Shown here in pieces: positions 38,629 through 50,958 of a stretch of DNA of 64,000 nucleotides. The stretch lies in NCBI RefSeq assembly GCF_001677475.2, contig NZ_CP015229.1, one strand, 5' to 3'. Below the pieces are notes generated by a model. That model did not search any database. It worked only from the letters and a program-made list of their open reading frames with translations, and was not told the origin of the DNA. The number at the start of each line of letters is the position of its first letter. The stretch's first letter is position 1. This DNA comes from Escherichia coli (GTDB taxonomy: Bacteria; Pseudomonadota; Gammaproteobacteria; Enterobacterales; Enterobacteriaceae). Position numbers and translations under genes: made by a program.

Positions 38629-39887
38629 TCAAGATTGGCGTTATCGCCGATGATTTTACCGGCGCGACGGATATCGCCAGTTTTCTGGTGGAAAACGGTC
38701 TACCAACGGTACAAATTAACGGTGTTCCCACAGGTAAAATGCCGGAAGCAATCGACGCACTAGTGATCAGCCTGAAAACGCGCTCCTGTCCGGTGGTTGA
38801 AGCCACACAGCAATCGCTGGCGGCTCTGAGCTGGTTGCAACAGCAAGGTTGCAAACAGATCTATTTCAAATACTGCTCTACTTTCGACAGTACGGCGAAA
38901 GGTAATATCGGCCCGGTTACCGATGCGTTAATGGATGCTCTCGACACGCCGTTTACGGTCTTCTCTCCGGCCCTGCCGGTCAACGGACGTACGGTTTATC
39001 AGGGGTATTTGTTCGTAATGAATCAACTGCTGGCCGAATCTGGGATGCGCCATCACCCGGTAAATCCCATGACCGACAGCTATCTTCCCCGTCTGGTTGA
39101 AGCGCAATCCACAGGGCGCTGCGGCGTCGTTTCGGCACATGTTTTCGAACAAGGTGTAGATGCCGTTCGTCAGGAGCTGGCTCGCTTACAGCAAGAGGGC
39201 TATCGCTACGTGGTACTTGATGCGCTGACCGAACACCATCTGGAAATTCAGGGAGAAGCCTTGCGCGATGCTCCACTGGTAACGGGCGGTTCTGGTCTGG
39301 CGATTGGCCTGGCCCGGCAGTGGGCGCAAGAAAACGGTAACCAGGCTCGCGAAGCAGGGCGTCCGCTCGCTGGGCGCGGCGTAGTGCTCTCCGGTTCATG
39401 CTCTCAAATGACCAACCGCCAGGTGGCACATTACCGTCAAATTGCACCAGCCCGTGAAGTTGATGTGGCACGCTGCCTCTCAACCGAAACTCTGGCCGCT
39501 TATGCACACGAACTGGCAGAGTGGGTTCTGGGCCAGGAAAGTGTACTTGCTCCACTGGTTTTTGCCACCTCCAGCACTGACGCATTGGCAGCAATTCAAC
39601 AGCAATACGGTGCACAAAAAGCCAGTCAGGCAGTAGAAACGCTGTTTTCTCAACTAGCGGCGCGGTTAGCAGCGGAAGGCGTGACACGCTTTATTGTCGC
39701 AGGCGGTGAGACCTCCGGCGTAGTCACACAGAGCCTGGGCATAAAAGGGTTTCATATTGGCCCAACCATTTCCCCCGGCGTGCCGTGGGTAAACGCACTG
39801 GATAAGCCTGTCTCACTCGCCCTTAAATCTGGCAACTTCGGTGATGAAGCCTTTTTTTCACGAGCCCAAAGAGAGTTTTTATCATGA
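38625..39887 (+). CDS. ygbK: Four-carbon acid sugar kinase (3-oxo-tetronate kinase type)
   Basis: 420 aa ORF starting MIKIGVIADDFTGATD, typical of this kinase family; overlaps ygbJ stop. Confidence 0.88.
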   Translation: MIKIGVIADDFTGATDIASFLVENGLPTVQINGVPTGKMPEAIDALVISLKTRSCPVVEATQQSLAALSWLQQQGCKQIYFKYCSTFDSTAKGNIGPVTDALMDALDTPFTVFSPALPVNGRTVYQGYLFVMNQLLAESGMRHHPVNPMTDSYLPRLVEAQSTGRCGVVSAHVFEQGVDAVRQELARLQQEGYRYVVLDALTEHHLEIQGEALRDAPLVTGGSGLAIGLARQWAQENGNQAREAGRPLAGRGVVLSGSCSQMTNRQVAHYRQIAPAREVDVARCLSTETLAAYAHELAEWVLGQESVLAPLVFATSSTDALAAIQQQYGAQKASQAVETLFSQLAARLAAEGVTRFIVAGGETSGVVTQSLGIKGFHIGPTISPGVPWVNALDKPVSLALKSGNFGDEAFFSRAQREFLS

Positions 39888-40522
39888 GCGATTTCGCAAA
39901 AGTAGAGCAGTCTTTGCGAGAGGAGATGACGCGGATTGCCAGTTCATTCTTTCAGCGCGGCTATGCAACCGGTTCGGCTGGCAATCTGTCGCTGCTTTTA
40001 CCTGACGGGAATTTACTGGCGACACCGACAGGTTCATGCCTGGGTAATCTCGATCCGCAGCGGCTTTCCAAAGTCGCCGCGGATGGCGAATGGTTAAGTG
40101 GTGACAACCCCTCGAAAGAGGTGCTCTTTCATCTGGCGCTGTATCGCAACAATCCGCGCTGTAAAGCGGTGGTGCATTTGCACAGCACATGGTCGACGGC
40201 GCTTTCCTGCCTGCAAGGGCTGGACAGCAGCAACGTTATTCGTCCGTTCACACCATATGTGGTGATGCGGATGGGAAATGTCCCGCTGGTGCCCTATTAC
40301 CGACCGGGCGATAAACGCATCGCACAGGATCTGGCGGAACTGGCAGCAGACAATCAGGCTTTTTTACTGGCAAATCATGGCCCAGTGGTTTGCGGTGAAA
40401 GCCTGCAAGAAGCCGCCAACAATATGGAAGAGCTGGAGGAAACGGCAAAGCTGATTTTTATTCTCGGTGACCGCCCGATCCGTTATCTGACCGCAGGTGA
40501 AATTGCGGAATTAAGGAGTTAA
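39884..40522 (+). CDS. ygbL: Class II aldolase/adducin-family enzyme (3-oxo-tetronate 4-phosphate decarboxylase type)
   Basis: 212 aa ORF in operon position. Confidence 0.88.
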   Translation: MSDFAKVEQSLREEMTRIASSFFQRGYATGSAGNLSLLLPDGNLLATPTGSCLGNLDPQRLSKVAADGEWLSGDNPSKEVLFHLALYRNNPRCKAVVHLHSTWSTALSCLQGLDSSNVIRPFTPYVVMRMGNVPLVPYYRPGDKRIAQDLAELAADNQAFLLANHGPVVCGESLQEAANNMEELEETAKLIFILGDRPIRYLTAGEIAELRS

Positions 40523-40526
40523 TGCA

Positions 40527-41303
40527 ATGCCTCGTTTTGCAGCTAATTTATCCATGATGTTCACCGAAGTGCCTTTTATTGAACGCTTCGCCGCAGCGCG
40601 AAAAGCCGGGTTCGATGCTGTGGAATTTCTGTTTCCCTATGACTACTCCCCCCTGCAAATCCAAAAGCAACTGGTGCAAAACCATCTGACACTGGCGCTG
40701 TTCAATACCGCTCCCGGAGATATTAATGCGGGGGAATGGGGATTATCCGCCCTTCCCGGACGTGAGCAGGAAGCACGCGCAGACATCGACCTGGCACTGG
40801 AATATGCATTGGCGCTCAATTGTGAACAAGTCCATGTGATGGCAGGCGTCGTGCCCGCTGGCGAAGATGCTGAACGGTACCGGGCGGTATTTATCGATAA
40901 TCTCCGCTACGCTGCCGACCGCTTTGCGCCACACGGCAAGCGAATATTGGTTGAAGCACTCAGCCCCGGCGTTAAGCCTCATTATCTCTTCTCCAGCCAG
41001 TATCAGGCACTGGCTATTGTTGAAGAGGTTGCGCGAGATAACGTGTTTATTCAACTAGATACTTTCCATGCGCAAAAAGTAGATGGCAACCTGACGCATT
41101 TAATCCGCGACTACGCCGGGAAATATGCGCACGTACAAATTGCCGGACTACCTGATCGTCATGAACCGGACGATGGAGAAATCAACTATCCGTGGCTGTT
41201 CCGCCTGTTCGATGAAGTGGAATATCAGGGCTGGATCGGTTGTGAATACAAACCTCGTGGCCTCACCGAAGAAGGGCTTGGCTGGTTTGACGCCTGGCGC
41301 TAA
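40527..41303 (+). CDS. ygbM: Hydroxypyruvate-isomerase-like TIM-barrel enzyme (2-oxo-tetronate isomerase type)
   Basis: 258 aa ORF in operon position. Confidence 0.88.
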   Translation: MPRFAANLSMMFTEVPFIERFAAARKAGFDAVEFLFPYDYSPLQIQKQLVQNHLTLALFNTAPGDINAGEWGLSALPGREQEARADIDLALEYALALNCEQVHVMAGVVPAGEDAERYRAVFIDNLRYAADRFAPHGKRILVEALSPGVKPHYLFSSQYQALAIVEEVARDNVFIQLDTFHAQKVDGNLTHLIRDYAGKYAHVQIAGLPDRHEPDDGEINYPWLFRLFDEVEYQGWIGCEYKPRGLTEEGLGWFDAWR

Positions 41304-41391
41304 TTCGCTAAATCCCTAATTACAACGTACCCATACATCCCCCCATCTACGGATGGGGTAGGTTAACTATAACTTTCAGACAGGGTTTCCC

Positions 41392-42756
41392 ATGTCCACA
41401 ATTACATTGTTATGCATTGCGTTAGCTGGCGTAATCATGCTGTTGCTGCTGGTCATCAAGGCAAAGGTTCAACCATTCGTTGCTCTGCTCCTCGTCAGCC
41501 TGTTAGTCGCACTTGCGGCGGGTATACCGGCGGGCGAAGTGGGTAAAGTGATGGTCGCCGGGATGGGCGGTGTGCTTGGTTCCGTCACTATTATTATTGG
41601 TCTGGGCGCTATGCTGGGGCGTATGATCGAACACTCTGGTGGTGCAGAGTCACTGGCTAATTATTTCAGTCGCAAGTTAGGTGACAAACGAACTATCGCT
41701 GCGCTGACTCTGGCAGCGTTCTTCCTCGGTATTCCCGTCTTCTTTGATGTCGGCTTTATTATTCTTGCGCCAATCATTTACGGTTTTGCCAAGGTTGCCA
41801 AAATATCGCCACTCAAATTTGGCCTGCCTGTCGCTGGGATCATGCTCACTGTTCACGTGGCGGTACCGCCGCATCCAGGCCCTGTCGCCGCAGCGGGGTT
41901 ACTCCACGCAGACATCGGCTGGCTAACCATCATCGGTATTGCGATTTCTATTCCCGTAGGGATTGTTGGCTACTTTGCAGCGAAAATAATCAATAAGCGC
42001 CAATATGCGATGTCAGTAGAAGTACTGGAACAGATGCAACTGGCTCCGGCCAGTGAGGAAGGCGCGACAAAATTAAGCGATAAAATAAATCCACCGGGCG
42101 TCGCGCTGGTCACCTCGCTAATTGTTATTCCTATCGCGATTATCATGGCGGGTACGGTTTCTGCAACACTGATGCCGCCTTCGCATCCCCTGCTTGGTAC
42201 GCTACAGCTGATCGGCTCACCAATGGTAGCTCTAATGATTGCGCTGGTGCTGGCATTCTGGTTATTGGCTTTACGTCGCGGCTGGAGCTTACAACACACC
42301 AGCGACATTATGGGCTCAGCGCTTCCTACTGCGGCGGTAGTGATTTTGGTTACTGGTGCTGGAGGGGTATTTGGCAAAGTGCTGGTGGAATCGGGCGTCG
42401 GCAAAGCCCTTGCCAACATGTTACAAATGATTGACCTGCCTCTGTTACCAGCCGCATTTATTATTTCACTGGCGCTGCGTGCATCGCAGGGGTCAGCAAC
42501 CGTAGCAATACTGACAACCGGCGGGTTACTCTCAGAAGCGGTGATGAGATTGAATCCGATTCAGTGCGTATTGGTGACGCTGGCAGCCTGCTTTGGTGGG
42601 CTTGGTGCGTCACATATTAATGACTCAGGGTTCTGGATTGTGACCAAATATCTGGGATTGTCGGTAGCAGACGGTCTGAAAACCTGGACAGTGTTAACGA
42701 CCATTCTTGGTTTTACCGGATTCTTAATCACCTGGTGCGTATGGGCGGTGATTTAA
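41392..42756 (+). CDS. ygbN: GntP-family permease
   Basis: 454 aa polytopic membrane ORF. Confidence 0.9.
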   Translation: MSTITLLCIALAGVIMLLLLVIKAKVQPFVALLLVSLLVALAAGIPAGEVGKVMVAGMGGVLGSVTIIIGLGAMLGRMIEHSGGAESLANYFSRKLGDKRTIAALTLAAFFLGIPVFFDVGFIILAPIIYGFAKVAKISPLKFGLPVAGIMLTVHVAVPPHPGPVAAAGLLHADIGWLTIIGIAISIPVGIVGYFAAKIINKRQYAMSVEVLEQMQLAPASEEGATKLSDKINPPGVALVTSLIVIPIAIIMAGTVSATLMPPSHPLLGTLQLIGSPMVALMIALVLAFWLLALRRGWSLQHTSDIMGSALPTAAVVILVTGAGGVFGKVLVESGVGKALANMLQMIDLPLLPAAFIISLALRASQGSATVAILTTGGLLSEAVMRLNPIQCVLVTLAACFGGLGASHINDSGFWIVTKYLGLSVADGLKTWTVLTTILGFTGFLITWCVWAVI

Positions 42757-42764
42757 CCTTAATA

Positions 42765-42798
42765 AAAAGGTCCGATGAGCATCGGACCTTTTATTTAG
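42765..42798. terminator. Bidirectional rho-independent terminator (ygbN + / ecdD-like -)
   Basis: aaaaag gtccgat gagc atcggac cttttattt: hairpin flanked by an A-run and a T-run. Confidence 0.75.
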
Positions 42799-43031
42799 CG
42801 CTTATCTGCCGCCAGCAGCGGCGGGATGCTCGGCACCATTGGCGCGTCATCAATATCTTTTTGTGTCATACGGAACGCTTGTGGGTAATGTTCACGGCTG
42901 GTGCGGCGTAGCGGTTCGGTATCGCGCCAGGTATAAAGGCAATGCTGGCACTGATATACCGTCCAGACATCTTTCACCGGCGATTTCGCCATCACTTCAA
43001 TCTGTTCATCGGCACAACGTGGACAAATCAT
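42795..43031 (-). CDS. ecdD: Small zinc-ribbon subunit of a UbiD-type phenolic acid decarboxylase (BsdD/VdcD-like)
   Basis: 78 aa ORF with CPRC ... CQHC pairs, immediately downstream of the UbiD-like gene on the same strand. Confidence 0.7.
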   Translation of the reverse strand: MICPRCADEQIEVMAKSPVKDVWTVYQCQHCLYTWRDTEPLRRTSREHYPQAFRMTQKDIDDAPMVPSIPPLLAADKR

Positions 43032-43041
43032 CTTCTTCTCC

Positions 43042-44469
43042 TTATTGACGCGCGGCCAGCATAGCGGTCAGTTTTTCAGCCCAGGCTTTGGTTTCCGGCA
43101 AATCCACCACCGGCTGGCTGTAGTGACCACGGTTGTCCGGGGCGACAGGCGTGGTGGCGTCGATAATCAGCTTGTCGGTGATGCCTGCCGGGCTTGAGCC
43201 AGGGTCGAGTTCCAGCACGGACATATTTGGTAGTTGCACCAAGTCGCCCGCCGGGTTCACTTTCGAGGAGAGCGCCCACATCACCTGCGGCAGGTTGAAC
43301 GGGTCAACGTCTTCATCGACCATAATCACCATCTTCACGTAGCCCAGACCGTGCGGCGTGGTCATCGCACGCAGGCCCACCGCGCGGGCAAAGCCGCCGT
43401 AGCGTTTTTTGGTGGAGATAATCGCCAGCAGGCCGTGGGTGTACATGGCGTTTACCGCCTGCACTTCCGGGAACTCGGCTTTCAGTTGTTGATACAGCGG
43501 TACGCAGGTGGCTGGCCCCATCAGGTAGTCGATTTCGGTCCACGGCATGCCGAGGTACAGCGATTCGAAAATCGGCCTGGTGCGGTAAGAGACTTTATCG
43601 ATGCGCACCACGGTCATGTTACGCCCGCCGGAGTAGTGTCCGGTAAACTCACCGAACGGCCCTTCGATTTCGCGTTTACGGCTTTCGATGACCCCTTCGA
43701 GGATCACTTCTGAACCCCACGGCACATCAAAACCGGTCAGCGGGGCGGTAGCGATCGGGTATGGGCTTTCACGCAGCGCGCCTGCCATTTCATACTCAGA
43801 CTGATCGTATTTCAGTGGCGTAGCCCCCATCAGCGTGATGATCGGATCGTTACCGAGCGTGATCGCAATCGGTAGATCTTCACCGCGCTCTTCTGCTTTA
43901 TGTAGATGCAGGGCGATATCGTGCATCGGCACCGGTTGTAGGCCGAGCTTTCGCTTGCCCTTCACTTCCATGCGGTAGATGCCGACGTTCTGCTTGCCGA
44001 AGTTATCCGGGTCGAGCGGATCGCGGGAAACCACGCAGGCTTTGTCGAGATAGAAACCGCCATCGCCATCGTTTAAACGAAACAGCGGCAGGATATCGAA
44101 CAGGTTAATCTCGTCGCTATCAACGGTGTTCTGCGCCCAGGCAGGATTGGCGCGGCGCTCCGGGGCAATCGGGAAGTTATCCCAGCGGCGAATAAACTCA
44201 TCAATCTGTTTTTTAACCGGAGTGTTTGCCGGCAGGCCGAGGGAAATCGCATGGTTCTGCCAGGAACCGATGGTATTCATCGCCACGCGGGCATCGGTAA
44301 AGCCGCGAATATTGTCAAACCACAGCGCCGGTGCGCCGTCGCCGATACGCCCGGTGGCGTTAGCTGCTGCTGCCAGATCCGGCTCAGCGTTCACCTCTTC
44401 GCTGATTTTCAGTAACTGGCCGTGGTCATCAAGCGCCTGTAAAAAGCTGCGTAAATCATCAAATGCCAT
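43042..44469 (-). CDS. ecdC: UbiD-family (prFMN-dependent) aromatic acid decarboxylase, subunit C type
   Basis: 475 aa ORF with UbiD-like core (GPFGEFTGHYSG); ATG at 44467-44469 overlaps the upstream gene's stop. Confidence 0.85.
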   Translation of the reverse strand: MAFDDLRSFLQALDDHGQLLKISEEVNAEPDLAAAANATGRIGDGAPALWFDNIRGFTDARVAMNTIGSWQNHAISLGLPANTPVKKQIDEFIRRWDNFPIAPERRANPAWAQNTVDSDEINLFDILPLFRLNDGDGGFYLDKACVVSRDPLDPDNFGKQNVGIYRMEVKGKRKLGLQPVPMHDIALHLHKAEERGEDLPIAITLGNDPIITLMGATPLKYDQSEYEMAGALRESPYPIATAPLTGFDVPWGSEVILEGVIESRKREIEGPFGEFTGHYSGGRNMTVVRIDKVSYRTRPIFESLYLGMPWTEIDYLMGPATCVPLYQQLKAEFPEVQAVNAMYTHGLLAIISTKKRYGGFARAVGLRAMTTPHGLGYVKMVIMVDEDVDPFNLPQVMWALSSKVNPAGDLVQLPNMSVLELDPGSSPAGITDKLIIDATTPVAPDNRGHYSQPVVDLPETKAWAEKLTAMLAARQ

Positions 44470-45062
44470 TATTTATTCTCCTGAGAAAAATTCCGGGCCT
44501 GCGGCAATCCTTGCCAGCGCCTGGCGTGGGGATGTTCGAGGCCAAATTGATCCAGCACGCGGGCTACCACATGGTGGACAATGTCATCTACCGTTTCGGG
44601 ATGGTTATAAAAGGCAGGCATCGGCGGCACCATCGCCACGCCCATGCGTGAAAGTGCGAGCATATTTTCGAGATGGATGGTGCTAAGCGGCATTTCACGC
44701 GGCACCAGCACCAGTTTGCGGCCTTCTTTGAGCACGACGTCCGCCGCGCGCCCTACCAGGCCATCGGCGTAACCAGCGCGGATACCGGAGAGCGTTTTCA
44801 TACTGCACGGAATAACGATCATGCCGTCGGTACGAAAAGAACCGGATGAGATGATCGCCGCCTGATCCGCCGGGTTATGGCTGAAGTCTGCGAGGGCAGC
44901 AACATCGCGAGCGCTGTAAGGCGTTTCCAGTTCAATGGTGGTTTTCGCCCACTTCGACATCACCAGATGAGTCTCGACATTCGGCATCTCCCGCAGCGCT
45001 TGCAGTAATGCCACACCAAGAGGCGCACCGGTAGCCCCTGTCATCCCGACGATCAGTTTCAT
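44469..45062 (-). CDS. ecdB: UbiX-family flavin prenyltransferase (decarboxylase subunit B type)
   Basis: 197 aa ORF starting MKLIVGMTGATGAPLGVALLQAL, flavoprotein fold like UbiX/Pad1. Confidence 0.85.
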   Translation of the reverse strand: MKLIVGMTGATGAPLGVALLQALREMPNVETHLVMSKWAKTTIELETPYSARDVAALADFSHNPADQAAIISSGSFRTDGMIVIPCSMKTLSGIRAGYADGLVGRAADVVLKEGRKLVLVPREMPLSTIHLENMLALSRMGVAMVPPMPAFYNHPETVDDIVHHVVARVLDQFGLEHPHARRWQGLPQARNFSQENK

Positions 45063-45078
45063 TGCTTATTCTCTTAAT

Positions 45079-45092
45079 TGTTCGTATACGAA
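45079..45092. promoter_or_regulatory. Perfect 14 bp palindrome, candidate MarR-type operator in the divergent ecdB/marR-like promoter region
   Basis: gttcgtatacgaac read directly, 16 nt upstream of the ecdB start codon. Confidence 0.55.
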
Positions 45093-45208
45093 CGTTATTA
45101 TTAACATACTCCTTCATTTCCACAGCGGCAAGGATTGAAAAGTAACAACATCTTCTTCGTCACTAAAAAACCGCTATGATAGCGACAGAGAATTAGCCCG
45201 GAGTTTAC

Positions 45209-45616
45209 ATGGCGTTACGAAATAAAGCGTTCCATCAGTTACGACAGCTTTTTCAGCAGCACACGGCTCGCTGGCAGCACGAGTTACCTGACCTGACCAA
45301 ACCACAGTATGCGGTGATGCGCGCCATTGCTGATAAGCCTGGTATCGAACAGGTGGCACTGATAGAAGCAGCAGTCAGCACCAAAGCAACGTTGGCAGAA
45401 ATGTTGGCAAGAATGGAGAATCGTGGCTTAGTCAGACGTGAACATGATGCCGCTGACAAGCGGCGTCGCTTTGTCTGGCTGACTGCCGAAGGAGAAAAGG
45501 TACTTGCTGCGGCGATACCGATTGGTGACAGTGTGGATGAGGAATTTTTGGGGCGTTTGAGTGCAGAAGAGAAGGAGCTGTTTATGCAGCTGGTGCGCAA
45601 GATGATGAGCACATAG
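45209..45616 (+). CDS. MarR-family transcriptional regulator
   Basis: 135 aa ORF with ATG at 45209 after GGAG; winged-helix region LTKPQYAVMRAIADKPGIEQVALIEAAVSTKATLAEMLARMENRGLVRR; divergent from the decarboxylase genes. Confidence 0.8.
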   Translation: MALRNKAFHQLRQLFQQHTARWQHELPDLTKPQYAVMRAIADKPGIEQVALIEAAVSTKATLAEMLARMENRGLVRREHDAADKRRRFVWLTAEGEKVLAAAIPIGDSVDEEFLGRLSAEEKELFMQLVRKMMST

Positions 45617-45625
45617 AATGCTGAT

Positions 45626-45660
45626 TGCCGGGTAGGACGCTGACGTGTCTTATCCAGGCG
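45626..45660. repeat. REP-like element
   Basis: gccgggtaggacgctgacgtgtcttatccaggc between the marR-like gene and the rpoS terminator. Confidence 0.6.
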
Positions 45661-45684
45661 ACAAAAACACATGCATCCCAAACA

Positions 45685-45720
45685 AAAGAAAAAAGGCCAG
45701 CCTCGCTTGAGACTGGCCTT
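45685..45720 (-). terminator. rpoS rho-independent terminator
   Basis: Minus strand reads ggccag-tctcaagcgagg-ctggcc followed by a T-run (A-run on plus at 45685-45694). Confidence 0.8.
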
Positions 45721-45736
45721 TCTGACAGATGCTTAC

Positions 45737-46729
45737 TTACTCGCGGAACAGCGCTTCGATATTCAGCCCCTGCGTTTGCAGGATTTCGCGCAAACGGCGC
45801 AGGCCTTCAACCTGAATCTGGCGAACACGTTCACGGGTGAGGCCAATTTCACGACCTACATCTTCCAGTGTTGCCGCTTCGTACCCCAGCAAACCGAATC
45901 GACGTGCCAGTACTTCACGCTGTTTGGCGTTCAGCTCGAACAGCCATTTGACGATGCTCTGCTTCATATCGTCATCTTGCGTGGTATCTTCCGGACCGTT
46001 CTCTTTTTCATCGGCCAGGATGTCCAGCAACGCTTTTTCGGAATCACCACCCAGCGGGGTGTCTACCGAGGTAATGCGCTCGTTAAGACGAAGCATACGG
46101 CTGACGTCATCAACTGGCTTATCCAGTTGCTCTGCGATCTCTTCCGCACTTGGTTCATGGTCCAGCTTATGGGACAACTCACGTGCGGTTCGCAGGTAAA
46201 CGTTCAGCTCCTTTACGATGTGAATCGGCAAACGAATAGTACGGGTTTGGTTCATAATCGCCCGTTCAATCGTCTGGCGAATCCACCAGGTTGCGTATGT
46301 TGAGAAGCGGAAACCACGTTCCGGGTCAAACTTCTCTACCGCGCGGATCAGCCCCAGGTTGCCCTCTTCGATCAGGTCCAGCAACGCCAGACCACGATTG
46401 CCATAACGGCGGGCAATTTTTACCACCAGACGCAAGTTACTCTCGATCATCCGGCGGCGGGAGGCAACATCTCCACGCAGTGCGCGACGCGCAAAATAAA
46501 CTTCTTCTTCGGCCGTTAACAGTGGTGAATAACCAATCTCACCAAGGTAAAGCTGAGTCGCGTCCAACACACGCTGTGTGGCTCCCTGCGATAACAGTTC
46601 CTCTTCGGCCAAATCGTTATCACTGGGTTCCTCTTCTACTAAGGCCTTTTCGTCAAAAACCTCAACTCCGTTCTCATCAAATTCCGCATCTTCATTTAAA
46701 TCATGAACTTTCAGCGTATTCTGACTCAT
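45737..46729 (-). CDS. rpoS: RNA polymerase sigma factor sigma-S (sigma-38)
   Basis: Start at ATG 46727-46729 ([21 protein letters not shown]) gives 330 aa, intact, with Glu at codon 33 (no internal stop). The track start at 46765 is an extension. Confidence 0.97.
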   Translation of the reverse strand: MSQNTLKVHDLNEDAEFDENGVEVFDEKALVEEEPSDNDLAEEELLSQGATQRVLDATQLYLGEIGYSPLLTAEEEVYFARRALRGDVASRRRMIESNLRLVVKIARRYGNRGLALLDLIEEGNLGLIRAVEKFDPERGFRFSTYATWWIRQTIERAIMNQTRTIRLPIHIVKELNVYLRTARELSHKLDHEPSAEEIAEQLDKPVDDVSRMLRLNERITSVDTPLGGDSEKALLDILADEKENGPEDTTQDDDMKQSIVKWLFELNAKQREVLARRFGLLGYEAATLEDVGREIGLTRERVRQIQVEGLRRLREILQTQGLNIEALFRE

Positions 46730-46791
46730 AAGGTGGCTCCTACCCGTGATCCCTTGACGGAACATTTAAGCAAAAGCCTGGTTCCGCCGAT

Positions 46792-47931
46792 TTATCGCTG
46801 CGGCAAATAACGCAGCGGGTTTACGGATTTCCCCTTGTAACGAATTTCAAAATGCAAGCGTGTTGAACTGGTTCCGGTGCTACCCATGGTTGCTATTTTT
46901 TGCCCCGCCTTCACTTCTTGTTGTTCCCGGACCAGCATTGTGTCGTTATGGGCGTAGGCACTCAGGTAATCATCATTATGTTTGATGATAATCAGATTAC
47001 CGTAGCCGCGCAGCGCGTTACCGGCATAAACAACGCGGCCATCTGCGGTCGCGATAATTGCCTGTCCTTTGCTGCCTGCGATATCAATCCCCTTGTTGCC
47101 CCCCTCAGAAGCGCCAAAGGTTTCGATCACTTTACCCTCAGTCGGCCAGCGCCAGGTGGAGATAGGCGTACTGGTTGATGTACTGCTGACAGTCGGCTCG
47201 GTTGTGCTTGCTGTTGGTACCGTTACAGGCGCTGTGACCGTGGTCGCAGTTGGCTTGTTGTTCGGCAACATTTTGTTAGCACTCTGTTCACCCGAAGACT
47301 CAGAATACGTAATTGTCGGTTGCGAAGCAACAGCAACGGTGGAATTTTGTGCAGGCTTGATCACAACTCCTTGCTCTGCTGCGTCGGCCTGGGTAATGGC
47401 ATTTCCGCCAGTGATTGGAGTACCGGAAGCATTCCCCACCTGTAAGGTCTGACCGACGTTCAGCGCGTATGGTGCCTGAATATTGTTGCGCTGAGCAAGG
47501 TCACGGAAATCGTTGCCAGTAATCCAGGCGATATAGAAAAGTGTGTCGCCTTTTTTCACTGTATAGGTACTGCCGCTATAACTGCCTTTCGGAATGTTCC
47601 CATACTGACGGTTATAGACGATGCGTCCGTTTTCCATCTGTACCGGCTGCTGAGCTACTGGCTGCACCGGCTGGATTTGCGGTTGTTGAGTGGCCTGAAT
47701 TTGTGGCTGCTGTACCGGCTGAATTTGCGGTTGCTGAGTTGTAGACGTCGTCCCCATTTTCGGCGGCGGCGTAATCAACATACCAGAATTGGTATTTGCA
47801 GGCGCATTGCCATTAACGGAGCTGACCGGGGCCGGTGGATTTGAAGTGTCAGAACAGCCTGCCAGCCATAGCGAAACCAGTGACAAAGCCGCAATGCGGC
47901 GAACGGTGAATTTTGGGCTTCCCGCGCTCAT
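46792..47931 (-). CDS. nlpD: Murein hydrolase activator lipoprotein NlpD (LysM + M23 peptidase-like)
   Basis: 379 aa ORF with lipobox LAGCS, Gln/Pro-rich repeats, LysM and C-terminal LytM domain. Confidence 0.95.
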   Translation of the reverse strand: MSAGSPKFTVRRIAALSLVSLWLAGCSDTSNPPAPVSSVNGNAPANTNSGMLITPPPKMGTTSTTQQPQIQPVQQPQIQATQQPQIQPVQPVAQQPVQMENGRIVYNRQYGNIPKGSYSGSTYTVKKGDTLFYIAWITGNDFRDLAQRNNIQAPYALNVGQTLQVGNASGTPITGGNAITQADAAEQGVVIKPAQNSTVAVASQPTITYSESSGEQSANKMLPNNKPTATTVTAPVTVPTASTTEPTVSSTSTSTPISTWRWPTEGKVIETFGASEGGNKGIDIAGSKGQAIIATADGRVVYAGNALRGYGNLIIIKHNDDYLSAYAHNDTMLVREQQEVKAGQKIATMGSTGTSSTRLHFEIRYKGKSVNPLRYLPQR

Positions 47932-48070
47932 TTATCCCCCAGGAAAAATTGGTTAATAACCAGTGACATAATTACCGTGCAAGGCACCATACTGAACACT
48001 GGAAAAGATGTTCACGATACGCTGACCTGCGGCAAAATAACCAGGAAAAATCCAGGTATTTCCTCACGTT

Positions 48071-49432
<1,362 letters not shown>

Positions 49433-49452
<20 letters not shown>

Positions 49453-50482
49453 AATCACCTGTTGTGTTGATAAGTTCCCTGACAACGCTGGTTGCAAAAC
49501 TACCCGCCGGAAGCCAGAAACGGATTTCTACGGTGACGTCATCCCACCAGTTCCAGCTTAATTGTTGCGGATACAGCAGCATCGCTCTGCGCGCGGCTTC
49601 AACTTTTTCGCGCACCAGTAAGGCTTGTAATTCAGTTTCTGCGGCGACAGCTGCTTGTTCGAATGCCAGCGCTTCACGCTGAGTTCCCCATTCGCCACTG
49701 CCCGGCAATGTGGCGGTTATCATTAGCTCTTTATCGTTGACGCGACGCTGTAATTCCGCCAGTTCTTCGGTGGTTGCAACAAACCAGCTACCACGTCCGG
49801 CTAATTGTAGCGCATCGCCGTCAACAACTTGATTAACGTCTGCTTTTTTGAGGCGCTCAGCAACAATCTGATTAAACAACGCACTGCGGGCTGCCGACAA
49901 CCAAAAACTCCGTTTATTGCGATCGCGCACCGGAGTATTGGTTTGCGCCCAGCGCAGCGCGCCCTGCAAGTTGCTACCGCCAATCCCAAAACGTTGGGCA
50001 CCGAAGTAGTTCGGTACACCTTTTACGCAAATATCGATCAGACGTTGTTCAACGTCATCGCGATTGCTCACTTCGCGCAGAACCAGGGTAAAGGCGTTAC
50101 CTTTCAGCGCGCCTAAACGCAGCTTGCGCTTGTGCCGCGCATACTCCAGCACCTGGCAGCCTTCCAGTTGAAAGGCGCTCAGATCGGGCATTTCCTTGCC
50201 CGGCACGCGAGCGCATAACCACTGTTCCGTAACAGCATGTTTGTCTTTTTGCCCAGCGAAGCTGACTTCACGGGAATGAATTTTCAGGAATTTCGCCAGT
50301 GCATCCGCCACAAAACGGGTATTGCAGCCGTTTTTGAGGATTCTAACCAGAATATGCTCACCTTCACCATCAGGCTCAAAGCCCAAATCTTCCACCACCA
50401 CAAAGTCTTCCGGATTGGCTTTCAGCAGCCCGGTGCCTTGCGGTTTACCGTGGAGGTAAGTGAGATTATCAAACTCAATCAT
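49433..50482 (-). CDS. truD: tRNA pseudouridine13 synthase
   Basis: 349 aa ORF in the ispDF-truD-surE-pcm operon position. Confidence 0.93.
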
Positions 50483-50958
50483 TTTGTTGCCTTAATGAGT
50501 AGCGCCACCGCTTCACAGGCAATCCCTTCCCCACGTCCGGTAAATCCAAGTTTTTCCGTAGTAGTGGCTTTCACGTTAACATCATCCATATGGCAGCCGA
50601 GATCTTCGGCAATAAACACGCGCATTTGTGGAATGTGCGGCAACATCTTCGGTGCCTGAGCGATGATAGTGACATCGACGTTGCCCAGGGTATAACCCTT
50701 CGCCTGAATACGACGCCAGGCTTCGCGTAGCAGCTCGCGGCTGTCGGCACCTTTAAATGCCGGATCGGTATCCGGGAACAGTTTGCCGATATCCCCCAGC
50801 GCCGCCGCGCCAAGCAATGCATCGGTCAACGCATGGAGCGCCACGTCGCCATCAGAATGCGCCAGCAATCCTTTTTCGTAAGGAATGCGTACGCCACCAA
50901 TGATAATTGGGCCTTCACCGCCAAAGGCGTGTACGTCAAAACCGTGTCCAATTCGCAT
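50479..50958 (-). CDS. ispF: 2-C-methyl-D-erythritol 2,4-cyclodiphosphate synthase
   Basis: 159 aa ORF starting [14 protein letters not shown]. Confidence 0.95.
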
